Source: the human T2T-CHM13v2.0 reference genome, Homo sapiens. From it: 64,000 bases of DNA. Each line of letters begins with the position of its first letter. Positions within the stretch are counted from its first letter, which is position 1. Under the pieces are notes generated by a model, which worked only from the letters and a program-made list of their open reading frames with translations, did no database searches and was not told the DNA's origin. This document shows positions 16,045-31,574 of the stretch, piece by piece. A program made the translations under genes and the position numbers. The DNA is taken from assembly GCF_009914755.1 (NCBI RefSeq), contig NC_060934.1; one strand, given 5' to 3'.

Positions 16045-16900
16045 TCCATTCAGTCATTCCCTCAATAAATATTTATTTAGTATCGACTCTGTGCCAGGCA
16101 CTGTTCCAGGTGCTAAAAATATAAAGTGAGTGAAACAGACTAACCCTCCTGGCCTCATGGAGCATATATTCTAGAGCAGGTGGCAGGCAATAAAATACAG
16201 AAAAATTATATCAAATTATATAGCATGACAAATGCTAAAGAGAAAGAAACAGCCAGAAAGGAGAGGAGTGCTAGGCATGGGGATGGGATTACAGTTTTAA
16301 ATAGGGTGGGCAGGAAGCCTGTAAATAAGAAAGGGATTTTGAGTAAGTGCTTGGAAGGGGCAAGGCAGCAGTCCCGGGGAAGACCATTACAGGCATAGGG
16401 ATCTGCACGTGCCAGGGTCCTGCAGCAGGACTGTGAGCGGCAGGTGCAAGGAACACCTATTAGGCTGGAACGGAGGGAGGGTGGACCACTGGAGACTTTA
16501 GCTTTTTGTCTGAGTGAGTTGGAGCACCGTTGGAGGGATCTGAATGGGGTGTGATGTGGTTTAACATGCTTTCTCTTAGGATCACTCTGGCTGCTGTGTT
16601 GCAAATCCATAGTGGGCACAGGTGGAAGCAGGAGGCCAGTTAGGAGGTGCCTTCAGCAATCCAGGCAAAGGGGTTAGTGGCTTGGTCCAGAGCGAGCAGT
16701 GGAGGTAGTAGGAAGTGTGTGGGTTCTGGACAGATTCTGCAGGTACAACCAGTGGATTTGATGACAGGAAATGGAATGCAAGAAGGAAAGAGGGAGTTGT
16801 CAAGAATGACTTGAGATTTTAGGCCTGGTTACATCAGTGTAGCGATATTCTAAAAATAAAAAAAAAAAGATTTTAGACCTGGGACTTTTAAGATTTTACA
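16045..16900 (-). mobile_element. L2 LINE 3' portion
   Basis: CATTCAGTCATTC..CAATAAATATTTATT..TGTGCCAGGCACTGTT, the reverse complement of the L2 3' end. Confidence 0.8.
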
Positions 16901-17068
16901 CCAAGTAAAGAGGCTGTCAACGGAGGTGGGAAAGACTTAGGATCTAGCAAATTTGGGAGGGAAGAGGCAAGGAAAGATAAATAGTGACAAATTGTATAGT
17001 TGCTGATAACATTGTTAAGTCAATATTTATACTATTTGAGCTGCCTTTTTTTTTTTTTCCCCCTCTGA

Positions 17069-17248
<180 letters not shown>

Positions 17249-18155
17249 TAGCCAGGCTGGTCTTGAACTCCCCGCCTCAAGTGATCTGCCTGCCTCAGCC
17301 TCCCAAAGTGCTGGGATTACAGACGAGAGCCACTGTGCGGGCCTTAGCTGTCTTAAAAATAGCACTTATAGCAGCCTGTGTTTTCTTTTCAGATGTTATC
17401 AAGTATCTTTTCTGGTAAGACATTTATTTGCCTTTATTCAGAATTGCTAATTTTATGCTAATCTAACCCAGAATACTCAAGTGTGCCTTTCCCTTTAATC
17501 CTCATATTAGCTATATTAGCTAGAATATTTTTGGTTGTAACAGAAAAATTGACTCTCTCTGACCTAAAAAATGGAATTTATTGGCTCTTAAGAGTTCCAA
17601 AGTAATTGAGGCTTCAGACAAGGTTGCTTGAGTGGCTCATCGATGTCTCCCGGGATCTGGCTTCTTTCAGTCTCCTGGCTCTGCCTTCTGGTTCTCCTTC
17701 TGGGCCCAACATAGCTGCCAGCAGTTTCTGGGACTGCCTTATTCATATTGAGTCTGAGAGAGTGACTTTGTCACTGCAGGGTCAGTCAAAGTCCTGAGAC
17801 TATTAGACCAGCTCGCCCCTGAACTTTTTGTGGCAGGGAAGATAGAATATGCTTAGTGTAAGAGCCTCTACTCCTGAGATCTTAGGGGAAATCTTTGTAC
17901 CCTGAATTAAAAAAAATTTTTAAATAGTTACATAAGTGGAAATGATTGATTTTTAAAAATTGCTTTTGCATTGTACAAGCACCATGGTTAACAAAACAAT
18001 TCCTTTTTAAAGCAGTCAGGTGGGAAGGGAAAAAAAGTAAAATTGTATTCATACATTAGTTTGATCAAGATAATTTTTCTTCTTAGAGATTTAATAGTGT
18101 TGCCACTTGACCAGCTGGAACTACAAAGGAACCATTAGATAGTAATGAAGTATGA

Positions 18156-19117
18156 TACCCTTTTCAGCACTCCTTCTCACCTTTTTACTTTACATCTCCA
18201 GTTTTGCCTCGCACAAGGTCTCTTCTTCCTCTGTGGATCCTCTACCTACATGTGTCTACCTGCTAATTAGACAGGCACATGCACACTAGTTTTCTTTATC
18301 CCCAAAATTCAGTTTGCAAATGGGACCGAAGAGCTCCCTGTTCCCCTCATGACACCGACACGACAAAAAAAAGTTATTCCACTAATTCCCTTGATGGTCG
18401 GTTTAGGAGTTTCTGCCTCCACTATTGCTCTCGGTACTGGAATAACAGGCATTTCAACCTCTGTCACGACCTTCCGTAGCCTGTCTAATGACTTCTCTGC
18501 TAGCATCACAGACATATCACAAACTTTATCAGTCCTCCAGGCCCTAGTTGACTCTTCAGCTGCAGTTGTCCTCCAAGGACAACTCCGAGGCCTTGACTTA
18601 CTCACTGCTGAAAAAGGAGGACTCTGTATATTCTTAAATGAAGAGTGTTGTTTTTACCTAAATCAATCTGGCCTAGTGTATGACAACATAAAAAAACTCA
18701 AGGATAGAGCCCAAAAACTTGCCAACCAAGCAAGTAATTATGCTGAATCCCCTTGGGCACTCTCTAATTGGATGTCCTGGGTCTCCCAATTCTGTCCTTT
18801 AATACCCATTTTTCTACTTCTTTTATTGGGACCTTGTAGTTTCTCAATTCATCCAAAACCGTATCCAGGCCATCACCAGTCATTCTATACGACAAATGTT
18901 TCTTCTAACAATCCCACAATATCACCCCTTACCACAAGATCTCCCTTCAGCTTAATCTCTCCCACTCTAGGTTCCCACGCCGCCCCTAATCCCGCTTGAA
19001 GCAGCCCTGAGAAACACCGCCCATTCTCTCTCCATACCACCCCCCAAAAATTTTCGCCGCCCCAACACTTCAACACTATTTTGTTTTATTTTTCCTATTA
19101 ATATAAGAAGGCGGGAA
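18156..19117 (+). mobile_element. HERV-H internal fragment: defective env (end of SU plus TM) and polypurine tract
   Basis: ORF 18349..18999 has fusion peptide VIPLIPLMVGLG, immunosuppressive-domain-like LRGLDLLTAEKGGL and CX6CC (CIFLNEECC); purine tract AAGAAGGCGGGAA before the LTR. Confidence 0.93.
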
Positions 19118-19669
19118 TGTCAGGCCTCTGAGCCCAAGCCGAGCCATCGTATCCCCTGTGACTTGCACATATACGCCCAGATGGCCTGAAGTAACTGAAG
19201 AATCACAAAAGAATGAATATGCCCTGCCCCACCTTAACTGATGACATTCCACCACAAAAGAAGTGTAAATGGCCGGTCCATGCCTTAACTGATGACATTC
19301 CACCACAAAAGAAGTGAAAATGGCCAGTCCTTGCCTTAACTGATGATATTCCACCACAAAAGAAGTGAAAATGGCCAGTCCTTGCCTTAAGTGATGACAT
19401 TACCTTGTGAAAGTCCTTTTCCTGGCTCATCCTGGCTCAAAAAGCTCCCCCACTGAGCACCTTGCGACCCCCACTCTGCCCGCCAGAGAACAACTCCTCT
19501 TTGACTGTAATTTTCCTTTATCTACCCAAATCCTATAAAACGGCCCCACCCTCATCTCCCTTCGCTGACTCTCTTTTAGGACTCAGCCCGCCTGCACCCA
19601 GGTGATTAAAAGCTTTTATTGCTCACACAAAGCCTGTTTAGTGGTCTCTTCACACAGACGCACATGAAA
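19118..19669 (+). mobile_element. LTR7 (HERV-H 3' LTR) with expanded 51-bp U3 repeats
   Basis: TGTCAGGCCTCTGAGCCCAAGC start and CATGAAA end; TATAAAA 19534-19540; ATTAAA 19605-19610; repeats start at 19232, 19283, 19334 and 19385 (partial). Confidence 0.95.
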
Positions 19670-21214
19670 CTAGGCAAGAATCAGTGTTTCTCTACAAATT
19701 GAGTTGACAAAAAGAAATTATCTTCCCCTGCCCCCACAAAAAAAGAACCAGTATTTCTCAACAAGGAGAGTACTGTTAGCATTTGGTTCTTTATTTTGAA
19801 GGATTGTCCCTGCACATTGCATTTTCTATCCTGGTCCCTGGTCAAACTGTATGTCCTGTCATATCCCAGACATTATTCCAACCAAAAAGTCACCTACATA
19901 TTTTTAGATCCTCTTAGGAGGGGGTGGTAACCCAGCCACTGCTGATGCCTGAGGGGAGTGCAAAGCTGGGTTTTTGAGGAGCTGGGACTGAGATCCTGAG
20001 TAGTAGGCACCACTGGGCCTAAAAGGATTCCATGGGGTTGGTTCTGGGAGTGTGGAAGGAAGCAGAGAGTGTAGATTGCTGCTGCCAATTGAATGCCAGT
20101 GGCATTCAGGCAACTGACAGGAACAGCGAACCAAATTGGGAAAAAGAAAGTCCCTTCTCCCCTCTTCCAGCTTTCTCTAGTTCCCCAGTTGGCAGAGCCT
20201 CTCCAGGAACCAGCTGGTGAAGGACATATTGTCAGCAGCATCCCAGCTCCAGCATCAGAAAGCAGAATCTATAGATAGAAGAGGGAGCTTTTTTTTTTTT
20301 TTTTTGGCTGAAAAGCGATAGTGTAAAAAGGGACACAGTACTTTCTGTTTTTTAATCTCATTACTTTCCTGCCAGCGCCTTAACATGCAGTAACAAGTGG
20401 AATTTGGGCTTTGTCAGCAGCAAACCTGCCACTTACTGGTTGTGTTAAGTTGGGCAAGTTTCTTTCTTTTTTTTTTTTTTTTTTTTTTTTTTTGAGATGG
20501 AGTCTCGCACTGTCACCTGAGCTGGAGTGCAGTGGTGTGATCTTGGCTCACTGCAATTTCTACCTCCTGGGTTCAAGTGATTCTTCTGCCTCAGCCTCCT
20601 GAGTAGCTGGGTTTGCAGGTGCCTGCCACCACGCCTGGCTAATTTTTTGTATTTTTAGTAGAGACAGGGTTTTACTATGTTGGCCAGGCTGGTCTCGAAC
20701 GCCTGACCTCGTGAGCCACCATGCCCGGCCAACTCAGGCAAGTTTCTTTGCGCTTCATTTTTTTTTTTTTCAGAGTTATGAAGATGAAAAAAGATCTTAC
20801 AGGGTTCAGTAAAAAATAACTTCCAGTTTCCTGTTTAACATATGTGCTCATGGTATACCCGACAAAACACTGCACTTTGGATTAGAAAACCTGGGTGTTA
20901 GTTTGTCATATATACTAGCTACATGGAATTCAGCAAGTTATTTATCTCCTTGAACCTATCTTTTCTCTGTAAGTAGGAATGATTTTACTTACTGTAAGGA
21001 TCACAGAGATGGGATAATGCACGTAAAACTAATTTGTAAGTTATAAAAATGACAGTGACAATGGGATGCTAAGCAGGTACCATTAAATACCACCACATAT
21101 CTGAGTTTCTCTGATTTAATCTGCACAAAATACCTAGATCATCTGTTTTAGGCTAGACTCTGAACTCTTTACCACCACATTAAACTGTTTTTTTCTCTAT
21201 TCAATTTACCAGTA

Positions 21215-21434
21215 AAGGTTGAGCATCCCTAATCCAAAAATCTGAAATCTGAAATGCTGTAAAACCTGAAGTTTTTGAGTGTTGACATGACGCTCAAAGG
21301 AAATGCTCATTAGGTGTTTTGGATTTGAGTTGCTGAACCAGTAAGTATAGATAGTGCAAATATTACAAATTTAAAAATCCAAAATCCAAAACACTTCTGG
21401 TCCCAAGCATTTCTAATAAGGAGTAGTCAACTTG
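21215..21434. mobile_element. Tigger4/MER46-type non-autonomous DNA transposon
   Basis: Imperfect TIRs AAGGTTGAGCATCCCT / AGGAGTAGTCAACTTG flanked by TA dinucleotides. Confidence 0.75.
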
Positions 21435-22559
21435 TACCCATTGTATGCCTATGGGGTGACCAGACCCTCTCCCTTTCCAGACAGTTCTGCAATAACTGAT
21501 TCACTTCGCCTGTTTTTGGTCATTTCTGCGTGTTCTAGAGGAGAAACAGAAGAGTGACACCTAGGTCTCTTAAATAGACAGCTGACAGACATTACGAATC
21601 TCTTCGAAGTACAGATATGCCAAAGATTGCTGTGTAGTACAATCTAGTTGTAATTGTGAGACTTTTGTTGTTGTTGTTGAATACAGTTAAACAAAAAAGC
21701 TTTGGAGAAACTAGGTTAGGGAATTTGTAGTACAAGGTTGAATGATGTTTTGAAAACAGATTATCTATTTGAAAAATGTTTCAGAAACCTGGAAGCATTT
21801 CTTCTGCATCTAATATTGAGGTCCTGGTGAAGGGTATAAAACACACAGCATCAACTATATATAATGCTATACTAGATTGTCTTGATTCTGTGGTCCTGGA
21901 AGAGTTTATACTTGTGTTGGGGAAACTATCTTGGCATAGAAGGAAAGTGAAGGTTTTGAGTGGGGCAGGGACAGTTGAGCAGAAATACAAAGGTTAAATG
22001 TGGGCTTGTTTTGATTGTTAATTAATAATTGAGCATGGGGGAAAGGTAGAGTTGGAAAGTAATTTCAGGGGTGGCGATGAAATTGGTAACTTCAAAGTGG
22101 TGGAGACATGACAGTGGAAGTTTTATACAGTGGAACTTCCCCATCCCTGTTTTAGGTCTTCACTTAGTTGCATGGTTGGCTCTCTTTGCTCCTGGCCCAC
22201 GGGCATTATTGTAAAACTTTCTAAAACACCCTGTTATGAATGTCTTACCCATAGCAAGATCTGACAGCGTGGACACCAAGGCAGGCATTTCGGTAAGATT
22301 TCTGTGTATTACCTCAGATACACTCAGACAACTCTTTAAGCAAGTTATTTTCTTCAGGGTTTATGTTTAGATTTGCGGGATATTGTTTTCTACACTGATG
22401 TAAATAACTGCGAGTGGTGTTGCTCCAGTTGTACAAGTGTGTATTCCTCTAAGGATTGATGGGGAGGAGTGTAGAGAACGGGAAGGAATGGATGAGTTGC
22501 TTGTTAAGGGAAAAGATGATATTCTTATGCTAATCCAGGCCCTGGATAAGGAGCAGAGC

Positions 22560-22790
22560 AGCCATGCGAACAATGGCCTTGGAGCCAGGAAGTCTGCAGT
22601 GAGTCTATTCCTTCTCAGAAAGCTTGTCAGACCCGGCGCCTGGAGCTGCCTGGCGGGGAGGGACCCCTGGAAAGGGGAGTTTTCTCCTTGCTATTTTATG
22701 GAATTGGCTGCTGGCCAGCTTGTTGGAAATTCCCAAACTTCTCTACTAGAAAGTGAAAATCAACGGTGGGGGGCTTAACAGGAAGAGGAA
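22560..22790. promoter_or_regulatory. Candidate intronic enhancer (SOX, SMAD composite, STAT, NF-kB, IRF and ETS motifs)
   Basis: Motif cluster in locally GC-richer, apparently non-repetitive DNA; motif evidence only, see findings. Confidence 0.45.
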
Positions 22791-23241
22791 GGAATGACTT
22801 TACTCTGTAGTCTGTTTTTTCAACTGACTTCAGCCTTTTCCTGTGTTTTTTTTTTTTTAAGTTCCAATTGAACTGTTGGTTCAGTTGTCTTGCTGTTTGA
22901 GGAGTTTTAAAATCTTTTACTTAAAAAAGAAATTATTTATATTTGAGTAATTCTGCCTTAATGTTATTTTCCTGAAAAGAAACAGTACCAGTCTGTGTAT
23001 ATAGCAAGGGGAAGTAAATTTATTTAGATGCCCATTTCGTCTAACTATTCAATAGCTTTTAAATGGCAGCATGATTAAAAAATTTTGATTATGCAGCATG
23101 TCAAATATCTGCATCTCCTTATATTCTTCACTTTGCAAGATTAGATATTTTTAATGTAAAAATTCCGATGAATCATTTAGGAATTTAAAAAATATATTTT
23201 ATCGTTAGATATTACAATTACATAATTTTAAGAATGATTGT

Positions 23242-23838
<597 letters not shown>

Positions 23839-24189
23839 GAATTGTTGAAAAATAAGGTTAATATTTTGCTATGTGATTGTAGAAACAGTTAATATGAGAC
23901 AAAGGAGAAGTGCTCAGTTATTAATAATTACATCTGTTTGTTGAAATGTTTACTGAGATGTAATATTACTAACTCTTTTGAGTTAGTAATATCCCCATTT
24001 TGTGGTGAAGGAAACCGAGACCTGGATAGCTTAAGTAATTCCCCAAAATCACACAGCAAATAAATACTGGAGCTGATTTTTAAAAATTATTTATATTTAT
24101 TATTTTATCAGTGAATACCACATCAGTGTATGTGGTGTTAACGCCTTTATTAATGCAGTTTTTAGACGAATGGTGTTCTGGGGCCCTCC

Positions 24190-25520
24190 CCTCTTTTCAC
24201 TGTCTTGGAAGGCCATCTCCAGAGTCATAGCTGAATATTACCGTTCTTTTAGCATAACCGATTTGTATGTTCAGCCCCAAATGTGTCCTTTAAGTTTCAG
24301 AACCAAATGCCCGTTAGACATTCCCTTTGGGTAATCTCAGATCTCTAAATTTGAACCTTTGATCTCTTCACTCCTGTCAAAATCACTCATTCCCATTTCA
24401 GTAACTGTTCATGCCACAGATGTGGGAATCTTCTTTGACGCCTCACTTTCCCTTACCCTACATTTAATCCATTGCTAAGTACCACTGAGTTTTGTTTTGT
24501 TTTGTTTTGAGACAAGGTCTCGCTCTGTTGCCCAGGCTGGAGTGCAGTGGCATAATCAAAGTTCACTGCAGCCTTGAACTCCTGGGCTGAAGAGATCCTC
24601 CCACCTCAGCCTCCCTAGTGTCTGGGACTACAGGTATGCACCACCATGCCCAGCTAATTTTTTTAAGTTTTTTGTACAGATGAGGTCTTGCAGTGTTTCC
24701 CAGGCTGGTGTTAACTCCAGACCTCAAGTGATTCTCCCACCTCAGCCTTCCAAAGTGCTGAGATTACAGGTGTGAGCCACGTACCCAGCCAAAAATTATT
24801 TTTGAAGTATAGCATGAGTCCATCCACTATACCACTGCCACCCTATTCTTTTTTTTTTTAATTCATCCATCTGCACACGGATTCTGCCCTAATCTTAACC
24901 ACCATTGTCATTCTCCTAAATTTCCACAATATTCTGCTTACTCATCTGTTTGCTTTTGCTATTATCCCCTCCAGTCCATTACGTAGAAGTCAGATGATGC
25001 CCACTTAGGCTTAAATCCCAAGTCCTTCATATGCCCTTGCCTGATCTGGTCTTTGTCTTCTCTGCCTCTTCACCCTCATCTCCCACTACACTATCTCTTA
25101 TTCTCAACATTTCAGACATTGTTCTCTCTTTGCTTTTCTCTCCCTCAAGATCTTTGCCCACGGTGTTCCCTGTGCTTAGAACTTCCCGTCTTTCTTTGCC
25201 TGACTGACTCTATTTTTCAGATCTCAACTTAAAGGTCACTTCTTAGCATTGCTTCCCTTTCCGCTTCATCTAGATTAGAGGGGGGTCACTGCCCCTATTC
25301 CTTCAGGACCTGGCACTTTTCTTCCTTTGCACTTATCATGAGTTATGATTGTGTATCATTTGTGTTTTCTTGTTTGGTGTCTTGAGTATCTTAATTGTTT
25401 TGTTTAAGGACTCTGAACTTCATGAAGGCTGGGCCTGTTTGGCTCTGAACAGTGTATTCTTGGTATCTAATACAGAATCATGCATAGCACAGACACTTAA
25501 TAAACATTTAGGGAATAAAT
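24190..25520 (+). mobile_element. L2 fragment with an antisense Alu (24490-24790)
   Basis: Pyrimidine-rich L2 body ending ...CTTAATAAACATTTAGGGAATAAATTAAT. Confidence 0.65.
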
Positions 25521-28440
25521 TAATAATTCAACGGCAAGAACACTGTTTCCATAGGACTCCAGCATTGGAAGGGATAACGTAGATTATTTAGTCTAGGGCC
25601 AGGCGGTGGTGGCTCACGCCTGTAATCCCAACACTTTGGGAGGTTTAGGCGGGTGGATTGCTTGAGTCCAGGAGTTCGAGATCAGTCTGGGCAACATGGC
25701 AAACCCCATCTCAACAGAAAATACAAAATTAGCCAGGCTTGGTGACACGTGCTTGTGGTCCCAGCTACTCAGGAGGCTGAGGTGGGAGGATTGCCTGGAG
25801 CCCAGGAGGCAGTGAGCTGAGGTTGTACCACTGCACTTCAGCCTGGGCAACAGAGTGAGACTCTGCCTCCAAAAAAAAAAAAAAAATTTAGTCCAGTCTC
25901 CCTTTCTATCATGTTGGTCATGTCTTTGACAAAGATGCTCTCAAACTTTATTCCTTATGTACTCTGTGAGCAAAGTCCCTGGGTTCTTTTGGTTGTATCT
26001 CAAGTGGAGTGGTTGCTATGTCCTTTGCATTCCTGTCATTCTTCTCTCAAGTGCTTAGGAGGCCTGGCCAGGTGGAATACAGTAAGATGGTTGTCCTGTT
26101 TGATTACAGCAGCATTTCCCTTCATTCTCAGACTGCATGCATGTCTTAGGAGTTGTCATCAATACCAATACGTATTGAGCTCGTAGTCAGGGAAGATTTG
26201 ATGGCTGTTCTCCATACAAGTTATCACAGCTTTTTTTGTCTATAAAAATTTCTTGCAGATTGAATTGTTATGGATAGCACCTGTTAGTGACTTCCTTTGC
26301 CAGGTTGGCAAGTGTGTTGTAAACATGGATGAGAGGAGGAAACTTCTATTTAGCACCTACTATGTACCAGGCTCTCCTAAATAGTTTAAAATGTGTATTT
26401 ACATTATATAATATATATAAAATCAGGCAGGGAAGTATAGGATAGTTGTTAACATGTAGAATCTGGAATCAGACCTCCTTGATTTTAATTATGACTCTGC
26501 CACTTAACCTGTTGTGTGATCTTTGATAAGTTCCTTAAAGTCTACTTGCCTGTTTCTTCATCTGTAAAATTAAAATAATAATTTAACCTTTAAATAAGTT
26601 GGTTGATGGTTTGATAACTTAATATATGCAAAGCATTTATGACTACTGGCACATAGAGGTTAATATGTGTTAGCTATTATTTTATATGAGTTCCTTAAGT
26701 TTAAAAATATTTAAATTTATTTAATTTTTTATTTTAAAAATTATTTTAAATATGTGTTTGCTGTTATCTCATTTGGTTCTCAAAATAACTGTCAGTTAAT
26801 AAATATCATTCCAGATTTGTTTGTTTGTTAAGATGGGGTCTTGCTGTGTTGCCAAGGCTGGAGTGCAGTGGCTCTTAACTGTTGTGATCACAGTGCATTG
26901 TAGCCTGGAATTTCTGGGCTCAAGTGATCCTGTTTGAGCCCAGGATTACAGCTGAGATTACAGGCGGTCACCACCACAGTTGGCCTCATTCCAGTTTTAA
27001 AGATGAGGAAACTAATTCAGAGAAGTTAAGTTAAAGGCAGATCCAGAATTTGAACTTATGCCAGGGTAGCAGGGTCGTGGATGTTTTTGCGGAAGGAACT
27101 CACACACAGTCCTTTCCTCTGAAAGGGAAAGCACTTAGAGTCTCACGGCCAGCCAGCTCTGCAGGGTGCCTTGGTTGTGGCTCTAATGAGACAAGGCCAC
27201 ATATTAGCTTTAAATAAACCAATGAGGAAACAGTGACAATGAAAGATGTAACAAGGCATAGCGGTCAGTCTCCTGCCCAAGACTGTGAGTTCCTTGCAGC
27301 AGGAACAACCATACTCATATTTGTATTTCTGGTACCTAACACTGGGTCGGTAATACGTACTCCAGATGCAGGCCAGTTGCAGTGGTTCACACCTGTAATC
27401 TCAGCACTCTGGGAGGAGGCCAAGGCCACAGGATTGCTTGAGGCCAGGAGTTTGAGACCAGCCCAGGCAACATAGCGAGACCCACCGCCCCCACCCCTAT
27501 TAAATTAAAAAAAAAAAAAAAGATGTTGTTGGTGAATAAGTGAGTAAATTAATAAGTGAAAATTTGGGGAGGGGTGGAGACCTAGCAAGGGAGGCAGGAC
27601 CAAAGCCAGGGTTTCTGGCATGGTATCCACTGGAGAGTGGTAGCCAGTGGAGGAGCAAGAAAGAAAGGTGTGGGTTTGATTTAGACAGGTGGAGTGTGAT
27701 TCTAGTAGAAATATTTAGTGGGAAAATTGAAATGAGGAAGAGAGATTAGGATTGGAAATACACTGGAAACTTCTCTTGAATTGGAAACCTGGAACATATA
27801 TCCTTAGAATGACAGTTGAATTATTTCAAGAAGTTTTCAAAGAAATGCTGTTAAATCATGTGGCAGACATTATTCTATAGTTATTTTAGACTTTACATCT
27901 TTTTCTCTCAGCATTATGTAATGGGAAACAATTTTATATTACAGAAATAAGAGATTGCAGGGATTTTTAGAACTAAGCTACATATAACATACACGTGTAA
28001 ATGATACCTCACTGTAAACCTTCTTTGCCTCAGTACTGTGAATAACTTTGGAAAGCTAATTAAAGTGAAAATTCTTACTTAGATATTATAAAGTAGAAAG
28101 CTCAGGTTATTAATGTAGAAATCACACCAGGGTCATTGTGTCATAAATAAGCAAGATCTTTGTCATTCAGGAATAGTTCAAGCTGAAAGTCAATAAAATC
28201 AAACCACATGAAACAATGGGATGGGGGTAAAGTAGAATGATATATATCTTGATACTAATTAGCCTTTTCCCCCGTTATTTATTTAACAATTTTACTTTGA
28301 GGCATTTAAAAGTTCACTGTCTATATTAATAATCACCAAACCTTAATTGGAGAGATTATGTTTCATGTCATCCATATTAGAAGTTCAGTTTCATCTTAAT
28401 AAAGTCAAATTTGCAATATTTTAGGAAATAATTTCTTTAA

Positions 28441-29480
<1,040 letters not shown>

Positions 29481-29935
29481 CTAGGTCGGCTTCCTCTTCT
29501 ATCTATAGAATAAATTATTTATTAGAAAGACTTAGGGTGTTTTCATTATATCTACTAGAATTTGCAAGAATGTTGATGGTTACCCTTATGTTTTAAATTT
29601 AACTTTTCCTGTTTAAGTCTTAATATAGTTGGGAATTTTCATGTTATTAATAAAATAATTAGAACAGCCAGAAAGGACTATTGAGATTGTTTAATATACT
29701 TCCCTTGTTGTACATATGGCTAATCTGAGGTCAGGAGAGGTTGCAGCCTATTAACTAAATTATTTGAAGTTTGAAATTATAGTGCCTAAAAAAAAAAAAG
29801 CAAGGATACCTTTAATCTTTTAAAATGTATTTCATTGTTTAAAGGTGTGTTTGGGCATTTGTTTCCCTTTTAGTTTTTGAAAAATTTCCAAAATTCAGTT
29901 GTATTCCTTACCTTTTAAATATTTTTGTCTTTCAG

Positions 29936-30192
<257 letters not shown>

Positions 30193-30570
30193 TAAAAAGC
30201 ACTATTTCTTGCTTCTGTTCTTTCAACTCATCCCTGTTTGAATAGTTAGGCCCAGCCTACTAGGGCAGCTTTTAGGAAAGAAGCAAAGATGAAACACGTG
30301 CCAAATAATTTTTTAACTTGGCTGTGATGGAAACATTTTCAAGTATTTTTGAAATCTCAGTCTGAGTCTGTCTTCTCCTTCACAACATAGGCGTAATGAT
30401 ACACAGCATTAGGTCTTGTGAGGATTAAATGAGATAAAGTATGTAAAGCCACCTCAGTTAGTAGCTGAAAGACAGGGTAATAGGTAGTCCAGGCTGAGCT
30501 TCAAAATTCCTCTCTCCTTTAAAATACAATAAGGAGCAAGTGTAAATAATAATTGAAAAATCATTTTATT

Positions 30571-31574
<1,004 letters not shown>

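Noticed and set aside
18349-18999. 216-aa env ORF as a syncytin-like domesticated gene
   Set aside because: No signal peptide or full SU, furin site and immunosuppressive domain altered, upstream stop and frameshifted tail
19232-19402. Regularly spaced repeats resembling a CRISPR array
   Set aside because: Units are near-identical end to end with no unique spacers; they are the LTR7 U3 tandem repeat in eukaryotic DNA
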